A stretch of DNA of 62,962 nucleotides from an uncultured Polyangiales bacterium (GCA_964456305.1 CAYWAT010000002.1:1-62962); one strand, 5' to 3'. Counted from the stretch's first letter, positions 28,935-37,778 are shown. Notes: a model not told the origin generated them from the sequence alone. Numbers and translations: made by a program.

Positions 28935-30389
28935 ATGCCTGCGCAAGGCCCTCAGCCATCGCATGGTCCCGTCGCTGTGATCGGTGCGGGGGTAGGCGGA
29001 CTGGCCGCGGCACTCGCACTGCGTCAACAAGGCTTTGAGGTCCAGCTTTTCGAAGCCAGCGATCGCGTGGGCGGCATCGCGGCACCCATGACCCTGGATG
29101 AAAGCCCCTTCGATGCCGGCCCTTATGTGATTTTGGATCGGGCTAGCCTCGATGATGTCTTCAATCGACTGGGCCTCGAGCTTGAGACCAGCGCCGGGCC
29201 ACTGACTCGCCTCAAGTCGGTCTACAGCGTTCATTTCGCCGACGACGAAGCGCCTCTGCACATTCACGCTGACAAAGAGCGTACCGCGGCGGAGCTTAAT
29301 CTACGCTGGCCGGGCAGTGGGCAAGCTTACCTGCGCTTTATTAAGGAGAGCTACGCCATTTATCAAAAACTGCGGCCGTTGCTTTTCATCAGTCGACCAG
29401 GAATGCGCGACATATGGCGTGCGGGTCTGATGCGAGAGATCTCCTTTCTGCTCGCCCCCGCGCTGCGTATCTTGCAGCAAAGCGAACTCCCCGCCCCCGT
29501 GATCCGTGCGCTGGGTGTTTGGGCCCAGCTGGGCGGACAACGTTTGCATGCAGCCCCCAGTCCCGTGGTGTTGATTCCCGCTATCTTTCACGAACTTGGA
29601 GCATGGGTTCCTCAGCGCGGCATGAGCGCTATCACCGAAACCCTACATCAAGCAGCCTGCGACAGGGGGGTGCAAATCCACACCAACACGCCCATCAAAT
29701 GCATCGTCACCCAGAAAAAACGCGTGCGCGAACTGCTCACCAAGGAGGGCCTGCGCATTCCTGTACAAGCCGTGGTGTCGAATGTGGGCGCCCTCGCCAC
29801 GTATCTTTCGCTCATCGAAAGTCCCGCGCTCAACAAACACCGACGCATCTGGGAAAGCCTGCCACTGCAATCGCCAGGTATTGCGGTGTACCTCAAAGTA
29901 CGCGGTGCATCCGCCTCGCAATACCTCAAGTTTTGGTCACCCAACAACGACGACTGGAGCACCCTGCGCATCGATCCCGAAGCCCTTCGAGGCGAGCCTG
30001 TGGATGCATCACATTGGCGCCCCATGCGTTTGCTCGGACATATGGACTACGGCGAAGCCGAGCTTCTGGGCGAACAGGGGCAAGACGAATACGTGGAGCA
30101 TCTGATCGACACGGCCTGGTGGCGCGAAGGCTTAGACGAGGTGCGTGTCTTAGCCACCCGCACACCGCACGACTGGGGTCGAGCCTTATCGATGTACGCC
30201 AATGCGGTTAGCCCAGCGCTCACCGGTCAGTTCATGCGCTCCGGGCGTTTTCACCACCGCTCGCCTTATATCCGCGGCCTATACCTCACCGGCAGCTCGA
30301 CCCACCCAGGCCAATGGGTCAGCTACTGCGCCATTTCGGGCCTGCTTGCAGCCGAATGCCTCACCACCGACCACCGCAAAAAACGATGA
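28935..30389 (+). CDS. Phytoene-desaturase-family (CrtI-like) NAD(P)/FAD-dependent oxidoreductase
   Basis: ORF 28815..30389, with the ATG at 28935. It has the dinucleotide fold VAVIGAGVGGLAAALALRQQGFEVQLFEA and a C-terminal YLTGSSTHPGQWV typical of the CrtI/amine-oxidase family. Confidence 0.75.
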   Translation: MPAQGPQPSHGPVAVIGAGVGGLAAALALRQQGFEVQLFEASDRVGGIAAPMTLDESPFDAGPYVILDRASLDDVFNRLGLELETSAGPLTRLKSVYSVHFADDEAPLHIHADKERTAAELNLRWPGSGQAYLRFIKESYAIYQKLRPLLFISRPGMRDIWRAGLMREISFLLAPALRILQQSELPAPVIRALGVWAQLGGQRLHAAPSPVVLIPAIFHELGAWVPQRGMSAITETLHQAACDRGVQIHTNTPIKCIVTQKKRVRELLTKEGLRIPVQAVVSNVGALATYLSLIESPALNKHRRIWESLPLQSPGIAVYLKVRGASASQYLKFWSPNNDDWSTLRIDPEALRGEPVDASHWRPMRLLGHMDYGEAELLGEQGQDEYVEHLIDTAWWREGLDEVRVLATRTPHDWGRALSMYANAVSPALTGQFMRSGRFHHRSPYIRGLYLTGSSTHPGQWVSYCAISGLLAAECLTTDHRKKR

Positions 30390-30452
30390 ACACCCATCTC
30401 GGCTAAACACCCTCTTTGCTGGTACTGGACCGCCCTCAATTTGCGTTGAGCC

Positions 30453-30604
30453 TGAGCGCGCCCGGACCACAGCGACGAAGGCGTATTAAAGATACGTCGA
30501 CCTCCAGCTCCGCCGCACTCTGCTGCCCTGCTTACGCAGGCGCTCGCTTCGCTCGCACGCATCGTGAGGAGCGAACGCAAGCCAGGTTCAGAGTGAAGTG
30601 AGAG
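30453..30604. repeat. Interspersed intergenic repeat, copy A (inverted, diverged relative of 37779..37995)
   Basis: Three blocks match the reverse complement of copy B. Block 30453-30486 (34 nt) equals rc of 37933-37966 exactly. Block 30535-30560 (26 nt) equals rc of 37867-37892 exactly. Block 30588-30604 equals rc of 37788-37804 at 16/17. Confidence 0.85.
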
Positions 30605-30651
30605 TGGGCTAGTGTTTCGACAGTGAGCCCTAGCCAGGCTACCCTGCGGCC

Positions 30652-31668
30652 ATGCCAACCCTCGGAAAAACGACGGTGCTCGGAACGGGCGCGTGGGGTA
30701 CCGCGCTCACCTGTGCCCTTGCTCGCGCTCAGGCAGAAACACAGGTGCAGGCGCCGCTCGCGCTTTGGTCCAACGACACCCAGGCGCTGCAGCAGCTAAG
30801 AGAACAGCGCAGCTCGCCCCAGCTACCCGGCATCACCTTGCCCGATCACATCGCGCTTCCCGACAGCCTCGACGAGGCCTTGCACGACACCCAAACGCTG
30901 GTGCTTGCCGTGCCTTCGCAGGTGATGCGCACTGTCGGTCAAACGCTGCTCCCTTTTCTGCAGCGCCCACGCAACAGTCCCTGTTTGCTGATCAACGTGG
31001 CCAAAGGCATCGAAGCTTCGTCTTTACTATTGATGCACGAAGTTATCGCCCACGTCCTTGCTCAAACACCGTATCGTTACGTCACACTTTCCGGTCCCAC
31101 CTTTGCTCTCGAGACCGCAGAGGGTCGTCCCACCAGCGTGGTCGCCGCATCCTTTTGTACAGATGATGCCCAAAGCGCAGTCCAGCTGTTTCGCTCGCAA
31201 AACTTGAATGTCTATCCCAGCGACGATCCCATCGGTGTTGAACTGGGAGGCTCGCTCAAAAACGTATTCGCCATTGCAGTGGGCACCTGTGATGCCTTGA
31301 ACTTGGGGTTCAACGCACGGGCCGCGCTCATCACGCACAGTCTTGAGGAGATGGGTCGCATCGCCGCCGCCAAACAAGGCAAAGCCGCAACCTTAGCAGG
31401 CCTTGCCGGTATGGGTGACCTTATCCTCACCGCCACAGGCGACCTCTCGCGCAACCGTCGCGTGGGCATGGAACTCGCCCAAGGCAAAACACTGGACGAG
31501 GTACTCAAAACCCTTGGCCATGTCGCCGAAGGCGTCGACACCGCCCGCAGCGCCCACGCCCTCGCCCAACAACTGGGCGTGCACACCCCCATCATCCACG
31601 CCGTCTACCGCATGCTGCACGAGCACTATCCCGTCAAACAAGCCGTCACAGACATGCTGGCGGGCTAG
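30652..31668 (+). CDS. gpsA: NAD(P)H-dependent glycerol-3-phosphate dehydrogenase
   Basis: 338 aa. VLGTGAWGTALTCALA, SGPTFALE, GSLKNVFAIAVG and GDLILTATGDLSRNRRVG are GpsA signatures. Confidence 0.9.
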   Translation: MPTLGKTTVLGTGAWGTALTCALARAQAETQVQAPLALWSNDTQALQQLREQRSSPQLPGITLPDHIALPDSLDEALHDTQTLVLAVPSQVMRTVGQTLLPFLQRPRNSPCLLINVAKGIEASSLLLMHEVIAHVLAQTPYRYVTLSGPTFALETAEGRPTSVVAASFCTDDAQSAVQLFRSQNLNVYPSDDPIGVELGGSLKNVFAIAVGTCDALNLGFNARAALITHSLEEMGRIAAAKQGKAATLAGLAGMGDLILTATGDLSRNRRVGMELAQGKTLDEVLKTLGHVAEGVDTARSAHALAQQLGVHTPIIHAVYRMLHEHYPVKQAVTDMLAG

Positions 31669-31691
31669 GACACAGTGAAGCGGTTCGGGTC

Positions 31692-31895
31692 TTAATCAGT
31701 TTTGCCCAAACGGGCCATTTGCAGGCTGCGTTCAAGTCGCTCTAAGGGCGAGCGTTCGAGCTGAACCAGAGTGTGATAAAAGTCGCTTACATCGGTGTTT
31801 GGATAAAGCCGTGCAAGTTCATGCGCACGACGCCATAGTCTCTCGTTTTTGGCAATCCATTCAGAGTCTTTGGGGTCGAGCTTGTCTTCACGCAT
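31692..31895 (-). CDS. Hypothetical small protein
   Basis: A 67-aa ORF, charged and helical-looking. There is no family assignment and no overlapping alternative. Confidence 0.35.
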   Translation of the reverse strand: MREDKLDPKDSEWIAKNERLWRRAHELARLYPNTDVSDFYHTLVQLERSPLERLERSLQMARLGKTD

Positions 31896-31935
31896 GAGAG
31901 CTTAGTGTATCACAGGGCTTAACAAGCGAAATGAT

Positions 31936-33213
31936 CTAAGCCCTTTGCTTTGCGCCGTTGCCAACGACTTTAAGCAGCATCAGCAGCACGATCACACTGC
32001 TTGCAGCAATGCAGATCAGGATGTTCGTGAAGGACACATGCCAGCGATGGAAGAGCATGATCATCAGGGCCGCAATCACCATGGCCAAGGCGTTGAGGAT
32101 GTTGTTGCTGGCAATGATACGCGAGCGCATGCTGACCTCGGCGCGATGCTGCATCTGGGTGTAGAGAGGCACCACAAAGGCGCCGCCACAAAAGGCGATC
32201 ATCAACCAGGAGAGACACACCTGCCAGGCCATGGGCAGACGCAGAAAGAGCGCCAGCTCAAGAAAGTCGGCCTCAAGCGCAGGCGTAGGCCACGCGCTCA
32301 CCAGCCAGGCGAGATGCAGGGTGAAGAGAGCCAAGCCCAGCACCGCCACCTTCATCCACAGGGCGGCTTTGGGTTGACGAAAAATCCACGCGCCCAACCA
32401 AGAGCCAGCGCCGATGCCGAAGCAAAAGAGAGCCAACGCCAAGGTCGAGACCTTACTGGCCACATGAAACACCTGAGTGCACAGGGTGGGCAGCAGGGTG
32501 AGAATGGCCAGACCATAAAACCAAAACCAAGACACCCCCAGCATGGCGACGCAGAGCTGCATATCCCCTCGCATGGAGCGCCACGACTGCATCACCGGCG
32601 CGATGGGGTTCAAGGTGATGCGCAACTGGGGAGCGCGGGCCGGTAGCACGTGAATGCCGCGACTGACAAGCACGCCAAGACAGGCCAAACCGATGATCCA
32701 CAGGCTAAACAAGTAGGCCCGAGGCGCCTCGCCGCCGAGATAACCGCCCACCAAGGTGCCTAGCAAAATCGCAGCGAAGGTGCCCAGCTCGACCCACGCG
32801 TTCGCACTGGCCAGCTCTTTCTCCCTCACCAGCTCGGGCAGCATGCTGTACTTCGCAGGACCAAAAAAGGCCGACTGCGTTCCCATCAAGAATAGGGTTC
32901 CCATCAGTACAGGCGTGCTGTTCAGAACAAAGCCAAGGCTTGCGAGTCCCATAATAAGGATCTCCAGCTCCTTGACGCGCCTTACGAGCAGGGTCTTGGA
33001 GTAGCGATCGGCCAACTGCCCCGCCAAGGCCGAGAACAAAAAGAAGGGCAAGATGAAAAAAGCCTGGGCCAGGCTCACCAGCATCAGCGGCTTTAAGCCC
33101 AGCATGCTGAAGTGGCCGTAGGTAAAGCCCAAAACGAGGATGTTCTTAAAGACATTATCGTTAAAGGCACCCGCGAACTGGGTGGCAAAGAACCAAGGAA
33201 AAGAGCGTTTCAT
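31936..33213 (-). CDS. MFS transporter, lysophospholipid transporter (LplT)-like
   Basis: ORF 31936..33264, with the ATG at 33213 (MKRSFPWFFATQFAGAFNDNVFKN). FGPAKYSMLPELV and SALAGQLADRYSK resemble LplT. The start overlaps the stop of the upstream endopeptidase gene as ATGA. Confidence 0.7.
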   Translation of the reverse strand: MKRSFPWFFATQFAGAFNDNVFKNILVLGFTYGHFSMLGLKPLMLVSLAQAFFILPFFLFSALAGQLADRYSKTLLVRRVKELEILIMGLASLGFVLNSTPVLMGTLFLMGTQSAFFGPAKYSMLPELVREKELASANAWVELGTFAAILLGTLVGGYLGGEAPRAYLFSLWIIGLACLGVLVSRGIHVLPARAPQLRITLNPIAPVMQSWRSMRGDMQLCVAMLGVSWFWFYGLAILTLLPTLCTQVFHVASKVSTLALALFCFGIGAGSWLGAWIFRQPKAALWMKVAVLGLALFTLHLAWLVSAWPTPALEADFLELALFLRLPMAWQVCLSWLMIAFCGGAFVVPLYTQMQHRAEVSMRSRIIASNNILNALAMVIAALMIMLFHRWHVSFTNILICIAASSVIVLLMLLKVVGNGAKQRA

Positions 33214-34028
33214 CGCGGCGGACGACCAGGATACCAGCGATGAAAGGGGGCGCGGTCTTGGCAAGCAGGGCGACTGTTGGGCGGACAGTAGATGCGCAGA
33301 TGAAAATGATTGCGATGCTTGTGACCCTTGGCGGGCTGCACCATCAAACGATCTGCACGGCGAATCACGGCGGCTGGGGCGCGGCGTTTTTTGGCCTCAC
33401 GCAGGAGCAAACGCTTGATGCGATTGGCCACGAAGATGTACTGCACCCGGGCATCGCCATCCACCACCAGACGCGCGATGAGCTCCCAGTTACGGGCCCG
33501 GTCAAAGCGCAGCATCTGGTTGGGTTTCAGTCCTCGGCCTTGGCCATTAAAGGCTGCAAAAGCAAAGGGGGCATAAGGTTTATCGTGGGCATCGAGCATA
33601 TAAAAGGCGATGTCCACATCACGGCCGTTCTGATGCGAGTGATGTCCTGGAATCGGGCCCCCCTGCCGCGCCGAGAGCTCGCCCACCGAGAGCTTGGCCC
33701 CGGGCAGGCGCTGGTGGACCCGCCAGGCCGCCCTCTCGACCAGCTGCACCAGCTCCCAGGTGCCATAAAAGTTGTCCCCCTGCCGCGCATATTCGGTCGT
33801 GTAGCGAATGTAAGGCGACTCCATTAGTTTGACGCCCTTCCGCAAGCGTCCGCGCCAGGGATAGCCCTGCGATTTACTGCGATGCGATAAAGGGCGTGCC
33901 TGCGGTCCACGGGTCACATCGCGGTACCGGGTATCCGGCTTGGCCAGGGCGGAGTCGACCTGAGTCAGGAGCAAGGCAGCTGCGATGCAGATCATCACCA
34001 TCCGACTCGCCCCTTGCAATCGCTTCAT
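33210..34028 (-). CDS. Penicillin-insensitive murein endopeptidase (MepA / peptidase M74-like)
   Basis: ORF 33210..34112, with the ATG at 34028 giving the signal peptide MKRLQGASRMVMICIAAALLLTQVDSALA. GHHSHQNGRDVDIAFY and HKHRNHFHLRIYCP match MepA metal-binding motifs. Confidence 0.75.
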   Translation of the reverse strand: MKRLQGASRMVMICIAAALLLTQVDSALAKPDTRYRDVTRGPQARPLSHRSKSQGYPWRGRLRKGVKLMESPYIRYTTEYARQGDNFYGTWELVQLVERAAWRVHQRLPGAKLSVGELSARQGGPIPGHHSHQNGRDVDIAFYMLDAHDKPYAPFAFAAFNGQGRGLKPNQMLRFDRARNWELIARLVVDGDARVQYIFVANRIKRLLLREAKKRRAPAAVIRRADRLMVQPAKGHKHRNHFHLRIYCPPNSRPACQDRAPFHRWYPGRPPR

Positions 34029-34348
34029 CTTCGCCTGCTCAAATGACAAGCCCGAGCGTTCGCATATAGACGGCCCTCTTGTCAAGAAAGGCCCCGGGAA
34101 CGGCTCAAGCACGATGGTTGGCGCACAACTGTCTACACCTAACCCCAGATCCCAACCTGCTTGCTAAAAATCAGGGACTGAAGACCCTATTGCAGCGGGG
34201 AACCTGGGTGATTTGCAGCCCATTTCTGGCCTAAATGCTCAATAAAGCAGGTGTCCCAAGGTGGCACAGTTGTTGATACATACATGTAAGTGAGCTTTTG
34301 CACCACCACTGCATGTGCGTTGTGCCAGCCCACCTCAGGGAGACCACC

Positions 34349-35947
34349 ATGAACCAGTCATTTTCATCCACCACTTATCTTAAGCGCTCCGCCGGCCATA
34401 TATTGGCATTGCTTCTCTTGGCGATCGGCACCTTGACCCTTGCCGCATGCACCCAGAGCGCATCAGGACGCAGGGCGGATCAAAGCGTGCTTTGCGATGG
34501 TTCCGTAAGCTGCGAGCTCCCGGGTGAATGCATGCGCGGGGTTATCGCCTGCAACGACGATGGCACCACCCTTTGCAGTGCAGCAGGTCCCTTCCCCGCG
34601 GGCACCACCACCAGCAACGGCAAAGTCTGCGATGGCTTTGGCAATACCGCAGATACCCTCACGGTGGGCAGCCCTTGCATCCAGTTCGAAGAGCCCTGCA
34701 AGAAAGGCGTCATCCAGCCTTCTGCCGACAGTCGCTTTCAATGCCAGGCAAGCACGGAGATTCTTCCTTTTGGCAGTGCCTGTCCCGAGGGTTATTGCGA
34801 TGGCAGTGGTCTTTGCATCACCGAAGAAAGCGGCTCGCGCGTCGACGATAATGGAACCCCTATCGCCGTGAGCTGTCAGCTCCCCGGTAGCAGTTGTGCC
34901 GCCGGTCAGGTCTTTTGCCGCGACGAAGAAGAGCAAACCAATTGCTACTGCAACGTTGTGGATACCAGCGGTTGCGATCTCACCTGTATGGTCACTGACA
35001 CCATCGGAACCTTGGATGGTCAGACCACCCTTGCTCGCCCAGCCGCCGTAGGCACCGTCTGCGATGGTGGCTTTTGCGACGGCTTTGGCAAATGCGTGGC
35101 CTGCGCCAATGCAGGTCAACCCTGCCGCAGCAACGATGGCTGCAGCGCAGGCACGATTGTGTGCGAGGGCGAAGTCAGTCGCTGCGAGCCCGATGCTGCC
35201 GCCGGTGCCGAGCCCACCGGGCGCCTCTGTGGCGAGGAAGCGGCTGGCTACTGCGATGGCAATAATATGTGCGTGGCCTGCAAAAACGCGGGCAGCGCCT
35301 GCCGCGTCACCCAAGATGCGAGCTGTTCAGCCGGCATTATCGTCTGCATGGACGACCAAGAGCAAGGCGTGTGCATGCCCGTCGCTGAGGGCAACAGCAC
35401 CTGCGGTGTGATTACCCCGCCCGACAACACCCCAGGCCCTGGTGGTCCCGGTGGAACGCCTGGCGATGGACAGCCGGTTTGCGAAGCAGGAAGCGACGCC
35501 AACAACGACGGCATCCCCGATGTCAAACAGATTCCTGGCTGCTTGCCTCCTAGCGCCAATCCCTTCAACTGCGGTGGCCATGACTACGTCTATGCCTTCC
35601 AAGACCGTGGTCCTGGTGAATTCACCTGGGAAGCTGCTCTCGAGGTATGCAACAAACTGCCTGGCTATCGCATGGTGTGGATTGAATCAGCCGTCGAGAA
35701 CGAGTGCATCAAGCAAAACACCGTTGCCAAAGTCGACAAAGATGTGTGGATCGGTCTGCGCAATCAAAATGGTGTTTGGCGATGGCAGCCCAATGGCCCC
35801 AGCCTTGCCGAAACAGGCTTCACAGACTGGGAAGATTCGGGCAAAGACTGCGCGAATATCGATGACCGCAACTACTGGGGTTGGGATGTGCAGGACTGCA
35901 ACCACGATACGCAAGAGTGGGTGGTGTGCGAGCAGATCGCTCCTTAA
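34349..35947 (+). CDS. Cys-rich repeat lipoprotein with C-terminal C-type lectin domain
   Basis: ORF 34298..35947, with the ATG at 34349 after AGGGAGA. It has a lipobox LTLAAC and repeated C..G.CDG.G.C modules. The C-terminus WEAALEVCNKLPGYRMVWIESAVENECI…VWIGLRNQNGVWRWQPNG…DCANID…WDVQDCNHDTQEWVCE is C-type-lectin-like. Confidence 0.75.
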   Translation: MNQSFSSTTYLKRSAGHILALLLLAIGTLTLAACTQSASGRRADQSVLCDGSVSCELPGECMRGVIACNDDGTTLCSAAGPFPAGTTTSNGKVCDGFGNTADTLTVGSPCIQFEEPCKKGVIQPSADSRFQCQASTEILPFGSACPEGYCDGSGLCITEESGSRVDDNGTPIAVSCQLPGSSCAAGQVFCRDEEEQTNCYCNVVDTSGCDLTCMVTDTIGTLDGQTTLARPAAVGTVCDGGFCDGFGKCVACANAGQPCRSNDGCSAGTIVCEGEVSRCEPDAAAGAEPTGRLCGEEAAGYCDGNNMCVACKNAGSACRVTQDASCSAGIIVCMDDQEQGVCMPVAEGNSTCGVITPPDNTPGPGGPGGTPGDGQPVCEAGSDANNDGIPDVKQIPGCLPPSANPFNCGGHDYVYAFQDRGPGEFTWEAALEVCNKLPGYRMVWIESAVENECIKQNTVAKVDKDVWIGLRNQNGVWRWQPNGPSLAETGFTDWEDSGKDCANIDDRNYWGWDVQDCNHDTQEWVVCEQIAP

Positions 35948-36016
35948 TAAGATGAACCCGGAGGGTATTGAGACAAGCAACCAAACTTGAATAGTTCTTA
36001 CATTAAGGAATTCTCA

Positions 36017-36244
36017 ATGCCCACAGCCACTCTCACCAGCAAAGGCCAGATTACACTCCCCAAGTCCGTGCGCGAGTTAATGGGCGTGGATACCGGAGAC
36101 CAGATCGCATTTCGGATCCAAGAGGATGGAAAGATCTATGTGGAACCTGAAAACATCGATCTCATGAGCCTAAAAGGAATTCTGAAAACCTCTGTGCGCG
36201 GCATCACAGTGGAGGACATGAATGAAGTCATTGCAGAGAAGTAG
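36017..36244 (+). CDS. AbrB/MazE/SpoVT-family antitoxin-like DNA-binding protein
   Basis: The ATG at 36017 sits 7 nt after AAGGAA. MPTATLTSKGQITLPKSVRELMGVDTGDQIAFRIQEDGKIYVEP is a SpoVT/AbrB swapped-hairpin motif. Confidence 0.8.
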   Translation: MPTATLTSKGQITLPKSVRELMGVDTGDQIAFRIQEDGKIYVEPENIDLMSLKGILKTSVRGITVEDMNEVIAEK

Positions 36245-36245
36245 G

Positions 36246-36335
36246 ATTGCAGAGCACGCCTTATCAGCCGGATTCACACAGGTAGCCACATTCGACAAAA
36301 AGCTTCTTAAAGAAGAACGTTTTGTGTCTCCGTAG
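36246..36335 (+). pseudogene. Remnant of a PIN-domain (VapC-like) toxin gene (last ~29 codons only)
   Basis: The frame starting 2 nt after the antitoxin stop reads IAEHALSAGFTQVATFDKKLLKEERFVSP*. This resembles the C-terminus of VapC toxins. There is no start codon and no N-terminal PIN residues. Confidence 0.5.
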
Positions 36336-36359
36336 CAACTCGGTTTTAACAAGGGTCCC

Positions 36360-37295
36360 TTAGACCTTAGCAATCCACTCGGCGCTGCGCGCGTGCTCGC
36401 CAGAGACGGCTTGGAAATAGGCCTCTTGCACGCGGGCGGTGACCGGGCCACGCGTACCCGCTCCCACCTGACGACCGTCCACTTCTCGCACGGGCGTCAC
36501 TTCGGCAGCGGTGCCGCACATGAAGACCTCGTCGGCGATGTAAAGCTCATCGCGCGAGACTAAACGCTCTTCCACAGGCAGCCCGAGGTCGGCGATCAAC
36601 TGCAGCACCGTCTCACGTGTGATCCCCCCCAAGATAGAAATGCCCAAGGGCGGGGTCACCACCTTGCCCTGTCGTAGCAAGAAGATGTTCTCGCCGGAGG
36701 CCTCACACACATAGCCCTGTGCATCCAGCATGATGGCCTCGTCGAAACCCAAGGTGAGAGCCTCGCGTTTGGCCAGGATGGAGTTGACGTAATGACCGAC
36801 GGCTTTGCTTTTGGCCATTTGGGCGTTCACGCCGGTGCGCTGAAAGGAGCTGACCTTGGCCCGAATGCCTTTCTTGAGACCCTCTTCGCCCAGATAGGCT
36901 CCCCAGTTCCATGCCACCACCGCGACCCGCGTGGGGTTGTTCATCGCGCCGAGACCCATGGCGGCATCGCCCAAAAAAGCGATGGGACGCAGGTAACAAC
37001 TGCCCAGCTTGTTGACCCGCACCGTCTCCAGGCAGGCCTCGGTGAGTGTCTCGACATCGTAGGGCATCTCGAGGGTGAGAATCTTGGCCGAGTCCACCAG
37101 GCGCTCCAGATGCTCACGCAGCCTGAAGATGCCGCTGCCGCCCGTCTTGAGTTCGTAACAACGAATGCCCTCAAAGACGCCAAAGCCATAATGCAAGGTG
37201 TGCGTAAGCAGGTGAACTTGCGCCTTGTCCCAGTCTACGAGTTCGCCATCAAGCCAGATTTTCGCCACTTTATCGACCATACTGGGGCCCACCAT
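36360..37295 (-). CDS. ilvE: Branched-chain amino acid aminotransferase
   Basis: 311 aa (alternative ATG at 37280). It has class IV aminotransferase motifs (FEGIRCY, …EASGENIFL…, GITRETV). Confidence 0.9.
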   Translation of the reverse strand: MVGPSMVDKVAKIWLDGELVDWDKAQVHLLTHTLHYGFGVFEGIRCYELKTGGSGIFRLREHLERLVDSAKILTLEMPYDVETLTEACLETVRVNKLGSCYLRPIAFLGDAAMGLGAMNNPTRVAVVAWNWGAYLGEEGLKKGIRAKVSSFQRTGVNAQMAKSKAVGHYVNSILAKREALTLGFDEAIMLDAQGYVCEASGENIFLLRQGKVVTPPLGISILGGITRETVLQLIADLGLPVEERLVSRDELYIADEVFMCGTAAEVTPVREVDGRQVGAGTRGPVTARVQEAYFQAVSGEHARSAEWIAKV

Positions 37296-37384
37296 AGCAG
37301 CTTTGTGTCACCCAGCCTGCGCTTTTGCTCCCCCCAGCGCGCACTTTGCTTCGGACACCTTGCATCTCTCGGCTACACAGCTCT

Positions 37385-37494
37385 CACCCTTGGCGTTGGT
37401 ACCCTGCACCCTTCGATCACCCAGGTCGCACCCTTGGCTCTGACAGCGTGCACTTTTTGCGCATCCAGGTCGCACCTCGCTTCGATCACCTTGC
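37385..37494. repeat. 22-bp-phased direct repeat array 1 (core CACCCTT)
   Basis: CACCCTT starts at 37385, 37407 and 37429. Degenerate copies CACTTT and CACCTC start at 37451 and 37473. All starts are exactly 22 bp apart. Confidence 0.75.
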
Positions 37495-37547
37495 CGCCCG
37501 GGGTCTGCATACCCTAACCTTTGCTCCGATGGCACTGCTCCCACCGC

Positions 37548-37767
37548 GCACCACCCCTGTCCGAGGGGTGGACTGGTGCCATCTGACCATGGGACCACCT
37601 TGGCCGGAGGGGTGGACCACCTACAACTGACCCCAGGACCACCCTTCACCGAGGGGTGGACCACCTTCGCCGGAGCATGGGAGCGGCGACATCTGACCCC
37701 AGGACCACCCTTGCCGGAGGGGTGGACCACCCCTGTCCGAGCAGGGGACCACCCTTCGCCGAGCAAA
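37548..37767. repeat. 22-bp-phased direct repeat array 2 (about 10 units, core GGACCACC(C)TT)
   Basis: GGACCACC starts at 37592, 37614, 37636, 37658, 37702, 37724 and 37746. Degenerate units start at 37548, 37570 and 37680. Every start is a multiple of 22 bp from the others. Confidence 0.85.
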
Positions 37768-37778
37768 AAATCCAGCAC

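Noticed and set aside
37385-37767. Possibility that the periodic repeats are a CRISPR array.
   Set aside because: The period is only 22 bp and units directly abut one another, so there are no unique spacers. There is no repeat palindrome typical of CRISPR, and there are no cas genes in the window.
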